Both the position numbers and the translations under genes were made by a program. This document shows positions 20,143-30,435 of a stretch of 64,000 nucleotides of DNA, one piece after another. The stretch is taken from positions 192,001 to 256,000 of the forward strand of contig CBDHDG010000005.1 of NCBI GenBank assembly GCA_965261595.1, given 5' to 3'. This stretch comes from a bacterium (lineage in GTDB: Bacteria > UBA8248 > JACPRG01 > G963555815). The stretch's first letter is position 1, and each line of letters begins with the position of its first letter. The notes beneath the pieces were generated by a model that was not told the origin of the DNA, made no database searches, and saw only the letters and a program-made list of their open reading frames with translations.

Positions 20143-20880
20143 ATGCTTATCGCAGGATGGGTGATTTGGCTTGCGGGGGCGGTCTGGTACTTTTTCGAGC
20201 TTCGGCGGGGGATCTACCGGCTTCACCCGGTCTGGACGTACCTCTTGATGGCCGCCGGCCTGGGGTTCGGCGGCGCGGCGGTCGTTGTCGCACCGGGGAT
20301 TCAACGCTGGGTCTCATGGGGCGCGATGGCGGCCCTCACGGGCGTTTTCCTCTACTGGATGTTGGTTTACTCCGTCACTCCGGGGCGGCTTCGCGTGCGG
20401 CCGGGGGAGGCGATGCCGGATTTCGAGGTGCAGGACTCGAAAGGGGAGGCGTTTCGGCCCCGCGATTTGGCGGGGCGCCGGGCGGGGCTGTATGTGTTTT
20501 ACCGGGGCGGATGGTGAACGGTGTGCATCGTGGAGCTGGCTCAGCTCCAGCGTCGGGCATCGGATTTCGAGGAGGCGGGCGTTGAGGTTCTCCCCGTCAG
20601 CGCCGACCGGCCCGAGGAGTCCGAGAAGGTCCGCCGGAAGCTCGGGACGGAATTCAGATTTCTTTGCGACGTGGAAGCCCGCGCGGCCGAGCGCGTCGGG
20701 CTGCTTCACCTCAAGGGGCGCCCGTCGGAGAAGCGGGACATCGCCACGCCCGGCGTGATCCTCGTCGATGCGGACGGGATCGTCCGCTGGGTCTTCAAGC
20801 CGAGGAACTACCGCATGCGGGCCGACCTGAACACCGTTATCGAGATCGCCCGGTCGTTGCCGGAGTCCCCGAAAGGGTAA
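20143..20880 (+). CDS. Membrane-anchored AhpC/TSA-family peroxiredoxin-like selenoprotein (UxxC)
   Basis: In-frame TGA at 20515-17 in FYRGGW-U-TVC-IVELAQL; the two ORFs join into one redoxin domain after 3 TM helices. Confidence 0.85.
20523..20560 (+). promoter_or_regulatory. Putative bacterial SECIS element
   Basis: TGGAGCTG(20531-38)-GCT-CAGCTCCA(20542-49) hairpin 13 nt after the TGA, with G at loop start and possible lower stem. Confidence 0.65.
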
Positions 20881-20883
20881 CAC

Positions 20884-21642
20884 TCAGGCGCCCGGCCGGG
20901 CGCCATCCGGCGCACCCGTCTCGTATTCCCACCCCCCGCTTTTCCTTCTTTTCCTGAACCCGATGTCCGTCATCTCCCGGGCGGTGATCCCGTCGAAGAC
21001 CGGCCCGTCCGTGCAGACGCGGTAGCCGTTGCACGTGCATTGCCCGCAAAGGCCGACGGCGCACTTCATGTACCGCTCCAGTGAGAAATACGCCTGGTCC
21101 GGAGGAAGCAGCGGCTTGAGGGCCGCCATCATCTTGTCGGGTCCGCAGACGCAGTAGTAGCTCCCCGCCCGCGGCAACAGGTCCGTGATGAGACCCCGCG
21201 TCCCCAGCGAGCCGTCCTCCGTCGCCAGGTGGACCGTTCCCGCCCGCTCGAACTCATCCAGAAAGAGGATGTCATGGGCCGTGCGTCCGCCGAGGAGGAT
21301 GGTCGGGCGGTCGGCCCGTTTGGCCAGGATCAGAAGCGCGGCGATGCCGACCCCTCCCCCCAGAAGGACCGCCCCATCGCCGACGGGAAAGCTCGTCCCG
21401 TATGGTCCCCGCAGCCAGACGGAATCGCCGGCCTTCAGGCCGATCAGGCCTTCGCTGTACCAGCCGAGGTTCTTGACGGTGAAAGCGTTCTCGTAGGAGA
21501 GAGAGAAAGGTTTTTCGCTCTCTCCGGGGACCCAGGCCATGACAAACTGGCCGGGCCGGACATCGAAGGCGCGATCCAGGAACAGGGTGTGATTGTTTCC
21601 GCCGTCGTTCCGGTTTTCCGTGACCTTGCAGTGGACGTGCAT
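20884..21642 (-). CDS. pyrK: Dihydroorotate dehydrogenase electron transfer subunit
   Basis: PGQFVM, RGPYG, GGGVG, CGP, ERYMKCAVGLCGQC..VCTDGPVF. Confidence 0.9.
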   Translation of the reverse strand: MHVHCKVTENRNDGGNNHTLFLDRAFDVRPGQFVMAWVPGESEKPFSLSYENAFTVKNLGWYSEGLIGLKAGDSVWLRGPYGTSFPVGDGAVLLGGGVGIAALLILAKRADRPTILLGGRTAHDILFLDEFERAGTVHLATEDGSLGTRGLITDLLPRAGSYYCVCGPDKMMAALKPLLPPDQAYFSLERYMKCAVGLCGQCTCNGYRVCTDGPVFDGITAREMTDIGFRKRRKSGGWEYETGAPDGARPGA

Positions 21643-21693
21643 CGAATTTTCCCAATCGTGATGAAACAGGTGGGGCGGGCGTCCCGCCGGCCT

Positions 21694-22602
21694 TCAACCC
21701 CTTTGGGCGGCGCCCACGATCGATTCCAGCGGCTCGCCCTTCAGATAATCCCGGACGCCTTTCCACAGCGCGGCCGTATCCCGGACGATGTCGGCCGTGT
21801 TTCGGTGGGCGAAGAACGTCCCCAGGCCGATGACGCTTGCCCCGGCCAGGAAGTATTCCACCGCGTCCTCCCAATCCCCGATTCCCCCGTACGCCACAAT
21901 GGGACATCCGAGGGCGGCATAGGCGTCGTAGACCATCTTGAGATTGATGGGCTTGAGGGCCGGTCCGGAGACCCCGCCGGATCCGCCCGCGAGGACCGGC
22001 GTCCGGGCGTGGAGGTCGATGGCGATGCCGGGCATCGTGTTGCCGCAGCCCAGGTAGTCGGCCCCCGCCTCGATGCAGGCCCGGCCGACCTCGACGTACA
22101 CGGTATTGGGGGAGAGCTTGGCGATGACGGGTTTGTCCGTGGCGTCCTTGGCGGCGCGGACCACCCGGGCGGCGGCCTCGGGGTGTTGTCCGACGATGGC
22201 GTTGACGCTTTCCTCGCCCGGCACCAGGTTCGGACAGCTCAGGTTCAGCTCGAACCCCCCGGCGTAGGGATCGGTCATGCCCACGATTCGGCTCACCCCC
22301 TCGGGACTGACGCCGTTGACCGAGATGATGAGTTTCGACCGGACCAGGCGGGTTTCCCGAAGCTCTTCGAGCCATTCCTCCGGCGTCTGGGAGGGGAGGG
22401 CCAGGGAGTTCAGCTTGGGAAGATCATCCGGGCCGGACTCGACGAGGATGGGGTTCTCGTTCCCCAGGCGCTCTTCGGGGGAGATGGACTTGGTGATGTA
22501 ACCCCCGATGGACGCTCCTTTGCGGTCCAGGAGCTGGAAAATGTCCAGGAAGCTGAGAATTCCGCTCCCGTTGACGATGGGGGGATCGAGGTCCAGGTGC
22601 AT
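21694..22602 (-). CDS. pyrD: Dihydroorotate dehydrogenase (class 1B catalytic subunit)
   Basis: ITKS, ELNLSCPN, KLSPN, GGVSGPALKP; adjacent to pyrK. Confidence 0.9.
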   Translation of the reverse strand: MHLDLDPPIVNGSGILSFLDIFQLLDRKGASIGGYITKSISPEERLGNENPILVESGPDDLPKLNSLALPSQTPEEWLEELRETRLVRSKLIISVNGVSPEGVSRIVGMTDPYAGGFELNLSCPNLVPGEESVNAIVGQHPEAAARVVRAAKDATDKPVIAKLSPNTVYVEVGRACIEAGADYLGCGNTMPGIAIDLHARTPVLAGGSGGVSGPALKPINLKMVYDAYAALGCPIVAYGGIGDWEDAVEYFLAGASVIGLGTFFAHRNTADIVRDTAALWKGVRDYLKGEPLESIVGAAQRG

Positions 22603-22911
22603 GCGCGTCTCGCGTTGAGGAGCGGGGGAGGCGCCGATGGAGCGGATTTCCGGCTGAAATCCTTTCATACCACGAAGCGGCCGGGTGGCATAGACGGGGC
22701 ATGCCGATTGCACTCTTCCTGTGGGGGTGTTGGGGGGGAGAGGGAGAGGGGGAGAGAGGGACAACGACCCGGAAGCCCCCCCTCCGAACGTGGCTCCCCA
22801 AGGGCGGCGGCGCGCCCTGTCCGAATGTTCTTGCAATGCGGCCAGCATCATATAATGTTGAATGGAGCGCAAAACACTTGGAATTGAACCGGTGGGAGAT
22901 GAGGATTCCGG

Positions 22912-23718
22912 ATGAGCGCGCCGTTCATCATCAAGACGCTTTTTGTCTCGCTGGCCTTGATGGGATACTTCACCGGCGCGGTGGGGCACGTCTACTATTT
23001 TCTCTATCGCCGGAGCCGGATTCTCTGGGTGGCGACGATTGGCGTGGTCATCGGATTCGCCGCTCACACCGCCGCCCTGATTTCGCGGTTCGCGGATCTG
23101 GGGACGATTCCGGTCACACAGCTTTTCGACTTCCTGATGGTGTTCGGGTGGGCGGTGGTCCTGGCCTACGGCGCGGCGCAGTTGCGGTTGAAGATGGCCC
23201 ATTTGGGGTTGTTCGTGGTTCCGGTGGTCTTCCTGGTTCTGGCGGCGGCCTTCCTTCAGCCCCGGACCGGGGTGGCCGATCCGCCCCCCTTTGACAGCGT
23301 TTGGCTGACGATCCACGTCGTCATGGCTTTCCTCGGGGCGGCCGTTTATGTGTTGTTGTTCGGCATGGGCATCATGTACATGATCCAGGAGCGTCAGGTG
23401 AAGAAAAAGACGTTTGGAACGTGGTTCTACCGCCTTCCGTCCCTGGAGGTCCTGGACGGGGGAAGTTTCCTGGCCCTGGCGCTGGGTTTCCCGATGATCA
23501 CGCTGGGTCTCATCTCGGGCTCGGTCTGGGCGGCCTATGCCCGGGGGTCCTACTGGAGCTGGAATCTGGAGCGAACCCTGCCGCTGGTGGTCATTTGGGG
23601 GGCCTACGGCCTGCTCTTGTTCGGCCGGGTGGCGGCCGGGTGGCGCGGCCGCCGGGTGGCGATTTCTTCGGTCATCGGATTTGTCGGCGTGCTCATCTCT
23701 TACATCCTGCATTTGTGA
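22912..23718 (+). CDS. ccsA: Cytochrome c biogenesis CcsA/HemX-like membrane protein
   Basis: 8 TM, WLTIHV, LPSLEVLD, GSVWA..GSYWSW; precedes hemA. Confidence 0.85.
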   Translation: MSAPFIIKTLFVSLALMGYFTGAVGHVYYFLYRRSRILWVATIGVVIGFAAHTAALISRFADLGTIPVTQLFDFLMVFGWAVVLAYGAAQLRLKMAHLGLFVVPVVFLVLAAAFLQPRTGVADPPPFDSVWLTIHVVMAFLGAAVYVLLFGMGIMYMIQERQVKKKTFGTWFYRLPSLEVLDGGSFLALALGFPMITLGLISGSVWAAYARGSYWSWNLERTLPLVVIWGAYGLLLFGRVAAGWRGRRVAISSVIGFVGVLISYILHL

Positions 23719-23725
23719 GTCTGTG

Positions 23726-24991
23726 ATGGACCTCCTGGTCACCGGAATCAGTCATAAGCGGACCCCGATGGAGATCCGTGAGCGGGTCTACTTCGATGAA
23801 AGCGACCTGCGAACGCCGGTTTTGGAATTGAAGGCCCGCAAGGAGATCGAGGAAGCCGTCCTCGTTTCCACGTGCAACCGGATGGAAGTGTACGCCCGGA
23901 CAGACGACTTCGACCAGGCGGTCTCGTCTATCCAGGAGTTCATCGGTCAGTTCCATGAAGTTCCCCAGGCGATCCTGAAAGAGCACGGTTACGCCATGAA
24001 AACCAAGGAGGCCGTTCGACACGCCTTCCGCGTATCGTCGGCCCTGGACTCGATGGTGGTGGGCGAGCCCCAGATCCTGGGGCAGGTGAAAGAGTCCTAC
24101 CGGATCGCCCAGGAGGCGGGGTCCACGGGAATCTATTTGAACCATTTGTTCGAGAGAAGCTTCGCCGTGGCCAAGCGGGTGCGGACCGAGACGCGGATCG
24201 GGGAGAACGCCGTCTCGGTCAGCTATGCGGCCGTCGAGCTGGCCCGGAAGATTTTCGGAGACCTCGATGCACAGCGCGTGATGCTCGTGGGGGCCGGGGA
24301 GATGGCCGAGCTGGCGACCCAGCACCTGGTTCAACTGGGGGCGCGCGGCGTGGTGGTGGCCAACCGATCCATCGAGCGCGCGGAGGCGCTGGCCGATCGG
24401 TTCGGCGGGCGCGCGGTGGATATCAATCATGTCGAGGCCGAGTTGGTCGTCGCGGATATTGTGCTGTGCTCGACCGGCGCGCCGCACGCCGTGATCCACC
24501 GGGAAACCGTCCAGCGGGTCATCCGGCGCCGCCGGAACCGGCCCATGTTTTTTATCGATATCGCCATCCCCCGGGACGTCGAGCCGGGCGTTCAGGACAT
24601 CGGCAACGTGTACCTGTACAACATCGACGACCTGGAGCACGTGGTCACCGCCAACATCCAGGAGCGCGAGCGCGAGGCCGCGCGGGCCGAGGTGCTGATC
24701 GATGAGGAATCCGCCGCCTTTCTGCGGTGGATGGAGACACTGGAAGTGGTTCCGACCATCGTCTCGCTGCGCGAGCGGGCCGAGGCGGTGCGCCTCCAGG
24801 AGGTGGCGGACCTCCGGTCGAGGCTGAAGGGCCTGAGTCCGGAGGCTGAGGAGGCGGTGAACGCCCTGACGGCTTCTCTGGTGAACAAGCTTCTTCATTC
24901 CCCCATCACCGAGATCAAGCGCCGCGCCGCCGGCGACGACGCCCCCACCTTCCTCCGCGTCACCCGAAGCCTGTTCGGTCTCGATGACTGA
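23726..24991 (+). CDS. hemA: Glutamyl-tRNA reductase
   Basis: GISHK, STCNRME, LDSMVVGEPQILGQVK, GAGEM, DIAIPRD. Confidence 0.97.
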   Translation: MDLLVTGISHKRTPMEIRERVYFDESDLRTPVLELKARKEIEEAVLVSTCNRMEVYARTDDFDQAVSSIQEFIGQFHEVPQAILKEHGYAMKTKEAVRHAFRVSSALDSMVVGEPQILGQVKESYRIAQEAGSTGIYLNHLFERSFAVAKRVRTETRIGENAVSVSYAAVELARKIFGDLDAQRVMLVGAGEMAELATQHLVQLGARGVVVANRSIERAEALADRFGGRAVDINHVEAELVVADIVLCSTGAPHAVIHRETVQRVIRRRRNRPMFFIDIAIPRDVEPGVQDIGNVYLYNIDDLEHVVTANIQEREREAARAEVLIDEESAAFLRWMETLEVVPTIVSLRERAEAVRLQEVADLRSRLKGLSPEAEEAVNALTASLVNKLLHSPITEIKRRAAGDDAPTFLRVTRSLFGLDD

Positions 24992-26000
24992 TCCCCGACA
25001 CCTTGGAGTCGAAAATCCCGCCGGGCCTTCCGGTTCGCCTGAATCCCCCTCCCCCCTCCCCCTCGATTGCTTCCGGACGGACGGGAAACCCCTTCGCGTC
25101 GGGTCGCGCGGCAGCGCCTTGGCCTGGTGTCAGGCGGAAGGGGTCCGCGACGCCCTCCAGGCGCTCGGCGTCGGCGTCGAGCTGGTCGAGATCCGCACCG
25201 AAGGGGACCGGATTCTGGATCAGCCCCTCACGGCCATCGGCGGGAAGGGCGTTTTCACCAAAGAAATCGAAGACGCCCTCCTGGACGGGCGGATTGACCT
25301 GGCCGTCCACAGCCTCAAGGACCTGCCGACGGAGTTTCCGCCGGGTCTCTCGCTGGCGTCGGTTCCGCGGCGGGAAGACCCCCGGGACATCTTCATCGCC
25401 AAAGACAGCGCGACGAAACTCGCCGACCTCCCCCCCGGCGGACGGGTCGGCACCGGCAGCCTGAGACGGCGGGCCCAGCTCCGCGCCTTCCGGCCCGACC
25501 TGGAAATGGTGGACATCCGGGGAAACCTGGACACGCGCTTGCGCAAGCTCGATTCGGGCGAGATGGACGGCATTGTCCTGGCGGCGGCGGGTTTCTCCCG
25601 GCTGGGTTGGAAAGACCGGATCACCGAGCTTCTGTCCACCGGGGTGTGCCTGCCGGCGGTGGGGCAGGGGGCGCTCGGTCTGGAATGCCGGACCGAAGAT
25701 CGCGACACCCTCTCCCGCGTGTCCGGGTTGGATCACCCGGAAACGAATCGCGCCGTGCGGGCGGAGCGCGCCCTTCTCCGGCGTCTGGAAGGAGGGTGTC
25801 AGGTCCCCGTGGGCGCCCTGGCGCGGATTCGCGGCGCGGCAATCGACCTCGAGGCCGTCATCGCCTCGCTGGATGGGAAAGAGACCGTTCGGGGCGAGGC
25901 GTCCGGAGAAGACCCGGAGGCGCTGGGGGTCCGCCTGGCGGAAGACCTGTTGAACCGCGGCGGCGAAGACATCCTTCAGGACATCCGTCCGGAGGCCTAA
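24984..26000 (+). CDS. hemC: Hydroxymethylbilane synthase (porphobilinogen deaminase)
   Basis: GSRGSALA, GKGVFTKE, AVHSLKD, GTGSLRR, RGNLDTRL, LEGGCQVP. Confidence 0.97.
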   Translation: MTDPRHLGVENPAGPSGSPESPSPLPLDCFRTDGKPLRVGSRGSALAWCQAEGVRDALQALGVGVELVEIRTEGDRILDQPLTAIGGKGVFTKEIEDALLDGRIDLAVHSLKDLPTEFPPGLSLASVPRREDPRDIFIAKDSATKLADLPPGGRVGTGSLRRRAQLRAFRPDLEMVDIRGNLDTRLRKLDSGEMDGIVLAAAGFSRLGWKDRITELLSTGVCLPAVGQGALGLECRTEDRDTLSRVSGLDHPETNRAVRAERALLRRLEGGCQVPVGALARIRGAAIDLEAVIASLDGKETVRGEASGEDPEALGVRLAEDLLNRGGEDILQDIRPEA

Positions 26001-26018
26001 GCCGCAAGGAATCGTCTT

Positions 26019-26837
26019 TTGAATCCGGACAACCCACAACCCCTCGCGGCCCGGCGGATTGTCATCACCCGCGCCGCGAAACAGGCGGGCGAATTCGCGG
26101 ACCTGCTTCGCTCGTTCGGCGCGGAGGTGCTTGAGTTTCCGACCATCGCCTTCCGTCCGCCCGAGAGCTTCGAGGCGCTGGACGCGGCCCTCGGGCGGTT
26201 GGCCGGCTACGACTGGGTCATCTTCACGAGCGTCAACGGTGTGCGCGGGTTTTTCGACCGTCTCTCATTTCACGGCCGGGACGGCGGGGAGTTGTCGGGC
26301 CTGAAGGTCTGCGCCATCGGCCCGGCGACGGCGGAGGCGCTCCGCTCCCGGGGAGAGATCGTCGCGGACATGGTCCCGGAAAAGTTTCAGGCCGAGGGCA
26401 TCCTGGAGGCGTGGGCGGGCAGGGACCTGAGCGGCGTGCGGATTCTCCTGGCGCGGGCCGCGGTCGCCCGGGAGGTGTTGCCCGAGGCGCTGCGGAAGTC
26501 CGGCGCGCGGGTCGATGTGGTCACGGTGTACCGGACCGTGCCCGCCGAGGGCCCCCCCGGCGTGCGGCGGGAGATCATGGCGGGAGACATCGATGTCGTG
26601 ACCTTCACCAGCCCATCGACTGTGGAGAATTTCTGCGTCCTGTTCAGAGAGGAGGAACGCGCGAGGTTTCTCGATTTGTTTGTCACGGCCATTATCGGTC
26701 CCATCACGCGGGACCGGATCGAGGAATTGGGGTTGACGCCGGGCATCGAGGCGGACCCTTACACCGTCCCCGCCCTCGCCGAAGCCATTGTCCGGCACTT
26801 CGAAACGGTTTCCGGCCCGCCCGCGCCGCTCTGTTGA
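26019..26837 (+). CDS. hemD: Uroporphyrinogen-III synthase
   Basis: IVITRA, WVIFTSVNGV, AIGPATA, FTSPSTV, IIGPIT. Confidence 0.93.
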   Translation: MNPDNPQPLAARRIVITRAAKQAGEFADLLRSFGAEVLEFPTIAFRPPESFEALDAALGRLAGYDWVIFTSVNGVRGFFDRLSFHGRDGGELSGLKVCAIGPATAEALRSRGEIVADMVPEKFQAEGILEAWAGRDLSGVRILLARAAVAREVLPEALRKSGARVDVVTVYRTVPAEGPPGVRREIMAGDIDVVTFTSPSTVENFCVLFREEERARFLDLFVTAIIGPITRDRIEELGLTPGIEADPYTVPALAEAIVRHFETVSGPPAPLC

Positions 26838-27094
26838 ACATGGATCTCCGTCCGGATTGGACGAGTCGCTCCCATGGTCGATTTTTCGCCCTTGCAGGAA
26901 TATCCGATAGGCCGCTGAGAAGCGCTTGCTTCACTTTCAGTGCACGGCTGTTCGATGAAGCGCCGGTGCATGATGCAAGGAAGCCCCTGCCGGGCGCTCG
27001 TTGCGAGCTTGAGTGTCATTCGCCGGTCGAAGTATCATCGGCGGTCGAAGTTGTGAAGCGCTTTCCCGATGGAACGGCATCCAAAAGGCGTCGA

Positions 27095-27790
27095 ATGTTC
27101 ATCTATCTCATCCGTCACGGCGAGACCCCCTGGAACGCGGAGCAGCGCATCCTGGGGGCGACGGACATCGGGCTGACGGACAAGGGCCTGCTTCAGGCGG
27201 AGGCGCTGGCCGACGCCATGAGTGACCGGCCAATCCGGGCCGTCTATTCCAGCGACCTCAGCCGGGCGCTGCGGACGGCGGAAGCGCTCGCCCGGCCGCA
27301 TGCCCTTGAGATTCGCGCGCGCCCCGGTTTGCGGGAGATGAATCAGGGGTTCCTGGAGGGGTTGACGTTCGAGGAGCTCCGCGACCAACACCCCGATTTC
27401 CTGGAGTCCTGGAAACAGGATCCCAGCTCGATCGTTATTCCCGGCGGGGAATCCCTCGGGCAGCTTCAGGAAAGGGTTTGGAAGGCCGTCCAGGAGCTGG
27501 CGGAGGCCCATCCCGACGAAACCATCGCGGTGGTCAGCCACAACCTGGCCATCGTGGCGGCCCTGTGTCGGCTGCTCGACCTGCCGCTCAGACGGTTCCG
27601 TCAATTGCGCCAGGGATACACGGGCGTCAGCCTGCTGGAGTATGGAAGGCTGGGCTGGGCGGTTCATTACTTGAATGTCACGACTCACCTTCAGGGCGTA
27701 GAAGGATACCTGGAGCCGACGATTCGCGGCGCCAATGACTTTTACCGGGAGGGGGAGCCCCGGTGGTCTCCCGAGGGAGGCTCGGCATGA
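27095..27790 (+). CDS. Histidine phosphatase (phosphoglycerate mutase/CobC-like)
   Basis: RHGET, SSDLSRA, LREMNQG, PGGES, VVSH. Confidence 0.9.
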   Translation: MFIYLIRHGETPWNAEQRILGATDIGLTDKGLLQAEALADAMSDRPIRAVYSSDLSRALRTAEALARPHALEIRARPGLREMNQGFLEGLTFEELRDQHPDFLESWKQDPSSIVIPGGESLGQLQERVWKAVQELAEAHPDETIAVVSHNLAIVAALCRLLDLPLRRFRQLRQGYTGVSLLEYGRLGWAVHYLNVTTHLQGVEGYLEPTIRGANDFYREGEPRWSPEGGSA

Positions 27791-27815
27791 TTTCCGTCCC
27801 GGAAGGCGCCGCCGC

Positions 27816-28585
27816 ATGTCTATCCTGAGCGATTTCAGCCTCGAGGGCCGGAAGGCCGTCGTGACGGGGGCTGGCAGCGGCATCGGGCGGGCCATCGCCG
27901 TAGGGCTGGCCGAAGCCGGGGCCGACGTCGTCGCCGCGGGCCGCACCCGTGACGCCCTGGACGCGGTGGTCGGGGAAATCACGTCGCTGGGCCGAAAAGG
28001 ATTGGCCGCCACGGTCGACGTGTCGGACGAGGCGTCGGTCACCGACTTTCGCGACAACGTGGAAGAGGCCTTCGGTCCCGTTCAGATCCTCGTGAACAGC
28101 GCGGGGATTACTGTGCGCAAGCCCGTCTTGGAGCTCTCTTTGGCGGAGTGGGACGAGGTTATCCGCACCAATCTGACGGGATGTTTTCTGACGGCGCGGG
28201 CCTTCGGACCGACACTCATCAGGCAGGGATGGGGCCGGGTGATCAACCTCTCGTCGATCCGACTGTCCGTGACCTCCGCGGGGCTGGCCGCCTACGCCGC
28301 TTCGAAGGGGGCGATCGTTCCCTTGACGAAGACCCTGGCGCTGGAATGGGTGGAGCACGGCGTCACGGCCAACGCGATCGCGCCTGGATACGTGGACACG
28401 CCCCTGGTGGAATACGTCAAGGATCTGCCCAGGTCTACGCGGACACCCTGCGGCCGATTCCGATGGGCCGGTGGGGAGAACCGAGGGAGATCGCCCGCGT
28501 CGCTGTCTTCCTGGCCTCAGAGGCCTCCTCTTACATCACCGGCCAAGTGGTCGTCGTAGACGGCGGTCGGCTGGTGTGGTCATAG
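27816..28585 (+). pseudogene. SDR oxidoreductase (KduD/FabG-like), one frameshift near 28430 (possibly a sequencing error)
   Basis: TGAGSGIG, NSAG, YAASK, NAIAPG; C-terminus IPMGRWGEPREIA..YITGQVVVVDGG lies in the -1 frame. Confidence 0.85.
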
Positions 28586-28838
28586 CCGCTCGGAGGGGGG
28601 GGAGGGGAGGAGGGGGAACGGCGGGATCAGGAATCCCTCCGCAACAATCCGCGGCGGGCCGACTTCCTGGGTTTCAAGCGGTTGCGGCGACGGAGAAGGA
28701 TCCGGCGGGGGGGAGGCCGCCGATTCTCCAGCTCTTGCGGTCGGTTCCGGTGCGTGGCAAGATGATGGAAAATTGTTATGCCGCATTTGCTGGCAACGGT
28801 TCGGGCGGTCGTGTCGTCGGCGGTTCCCTGAGAGAGCA

Positions 28839-30135
28839 ATGCAGGACGTTGGAAAAAGCCGGTCTCGAGAGCCTCGCTCGTTCTCGGGCTGGATCAAGAA
28901 TGTTGTCCTGTTGCTGCTCTCCGTGTCGCTGGTTCTGGCCGGGGCCGAGGTGTTCGTCTGATACCACGATCCCCAGATGCTCAGCTTTCCGCATTCCCGG
29001 AAAAATTTTGCGCCGCCTATCTTTCGCGCGAACGCCAAGAGGCTCTTCGAGCTTCGTTCGGGAACCGTTTATGACCATCAAAGCCCCTATGGCGATTTCA
29101 GGGTCACTGTCCGGGTCAACCGGGAGGGGTTTCGGAGCCCCGCGGTAGAGGCTCGAAAACCGCCCGGGGTGTTCCGCATATTCACCGTGGGGGATTCAAC
29201 CACATTCGGATTGGGCGTGGAAAACCACGAGACGTTTCCCGCCCGGTTGGAAGCCAAATTGAATGAGGGGGCGGGAGAAGGCCTCCGGTTCGAGGTGATT
29301 AACGGCGGTGTTCCCGGGTACAACCTGGCGCACTATTACCTGGTCCTCCGGGACATCGTGTTTCGCTATGACCCGGATCTGATCCTGATGGGAATTCTGC
29401 CGTGGAACGATTGGGACTTGGCGAAGAAGGATTGGGTGGACGCAAGAGATGGGCTGCCCGGCGGGCTGCGCCAGGCGTTGTATGTGGACGCCGATGGCCG
29501 CGTCCGATTGAAGGGCCGGAATGTTCTTCGGCCGGAATCCCTTCGGTTCAATGTGCTTCCCGCCGGCGTCAAGCGCTTTCTGAGGGCGAATTCGCACCTC
29601 TAACACTTTTTGGGCGAGCGCCTGTACAGGCTGGGCAAGAACCTGAATCTGGCCTCATGGGTCGGGTGGGCCGACGCGGCGGAGCTCACCGCGGACGGCC
29701 TGCGCAAGCTGGGGCTGAGCCCGGAGGCCATCCGGAAGAAGCTTGATGAGCAGGATCGGGAGAACTGGCGAAAGGGGATGGCGCTCTTCGAGGCCATCTT
29801 GCGGATGGCCCGCGAGAAAAATATCCCTTTGGCGGTTCTGCTGATCCCGCATCTGTATGAGTCGCATAGCACCATTTTGGCGCCCAAGCGCACCTATCTT
29901 GGGGGGAGGCAGCACCGGACTCCATCTGCGCAAATGGCTGAAAAAGCGGAAAGTCCTGACCCTGGAGTTGGTCCAAAAGCGGGACCCCTTTAACGAGAAG
30001 AAATTGTATCTGAGATACGATAAGCACTATAGTGCCTACGGCAACGAGTTGATCGCCCGTTTTCTCCACGCCTTTCTCTTGAAGAATCGACTGGTTCCCG
30101 CCAAGCGGGCGGCGGCGAAACCGGAACAGCTATAA
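28839..30135 (+). pseudogene. SGNH/GDSL hydrolase-family membrane-anchored protein with two in-frame stops and a frameshift
   Basis: TM anchor, VGDSTTFG, NGGVPGY, WND, C-terminal DKH; TGA at 28959, TAA at 29601, +1 shift near the G run at 29901. Confidence 0.8.
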
Positions 30136-30146
30136 GAAAGGAATCG

Positions 30147-30402
30147 ATGATCCAGGCAATCGTGCGGTTCGGAAAACTCCTCTTCAAGGGCTGGATGGCC
30201 TTCGCCAACGTGTTGGCCTGGGGTCAACACCCGTATCCTCCTCATTTTGGTCTTCTTCGTGGTGATCACCCCCGTGGCGGTCGTGATGCGTCTGTTCGGC
30301 AAAGACCTGCTCTCCCGCCGTCTCGAACCCGGGGCCGAGACGTATTGGAAGCCGAAAGAGCAGTCTCCTATTGATCCGCAATCCTATCTGCGGCAGTTCT
30401 AG
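30147..30402 (+). pseudogene. SxtJ-family small membrane protein, one extra G near 30220
   Basis: Corrected reading KGWMAFANVLAW-VNTRILLILVFFVVITP..GKDLL..TYWK..YLRQF*; directly upstream of carbamoyltransferase. Confidence 0.75.
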
Positions 30403-30435
30403 CTGACACCGGAGGGCCAGTTCAGAGGGATATCG

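Noticed and set aside
28959..28961. In-frame TGA in the SGNH gene as selenocysteine
   Set aside because: Not at a Cys/redox motif (most likely CGA to TGA), no clear hairpin, and the same gene also has a TAA and a frameshift
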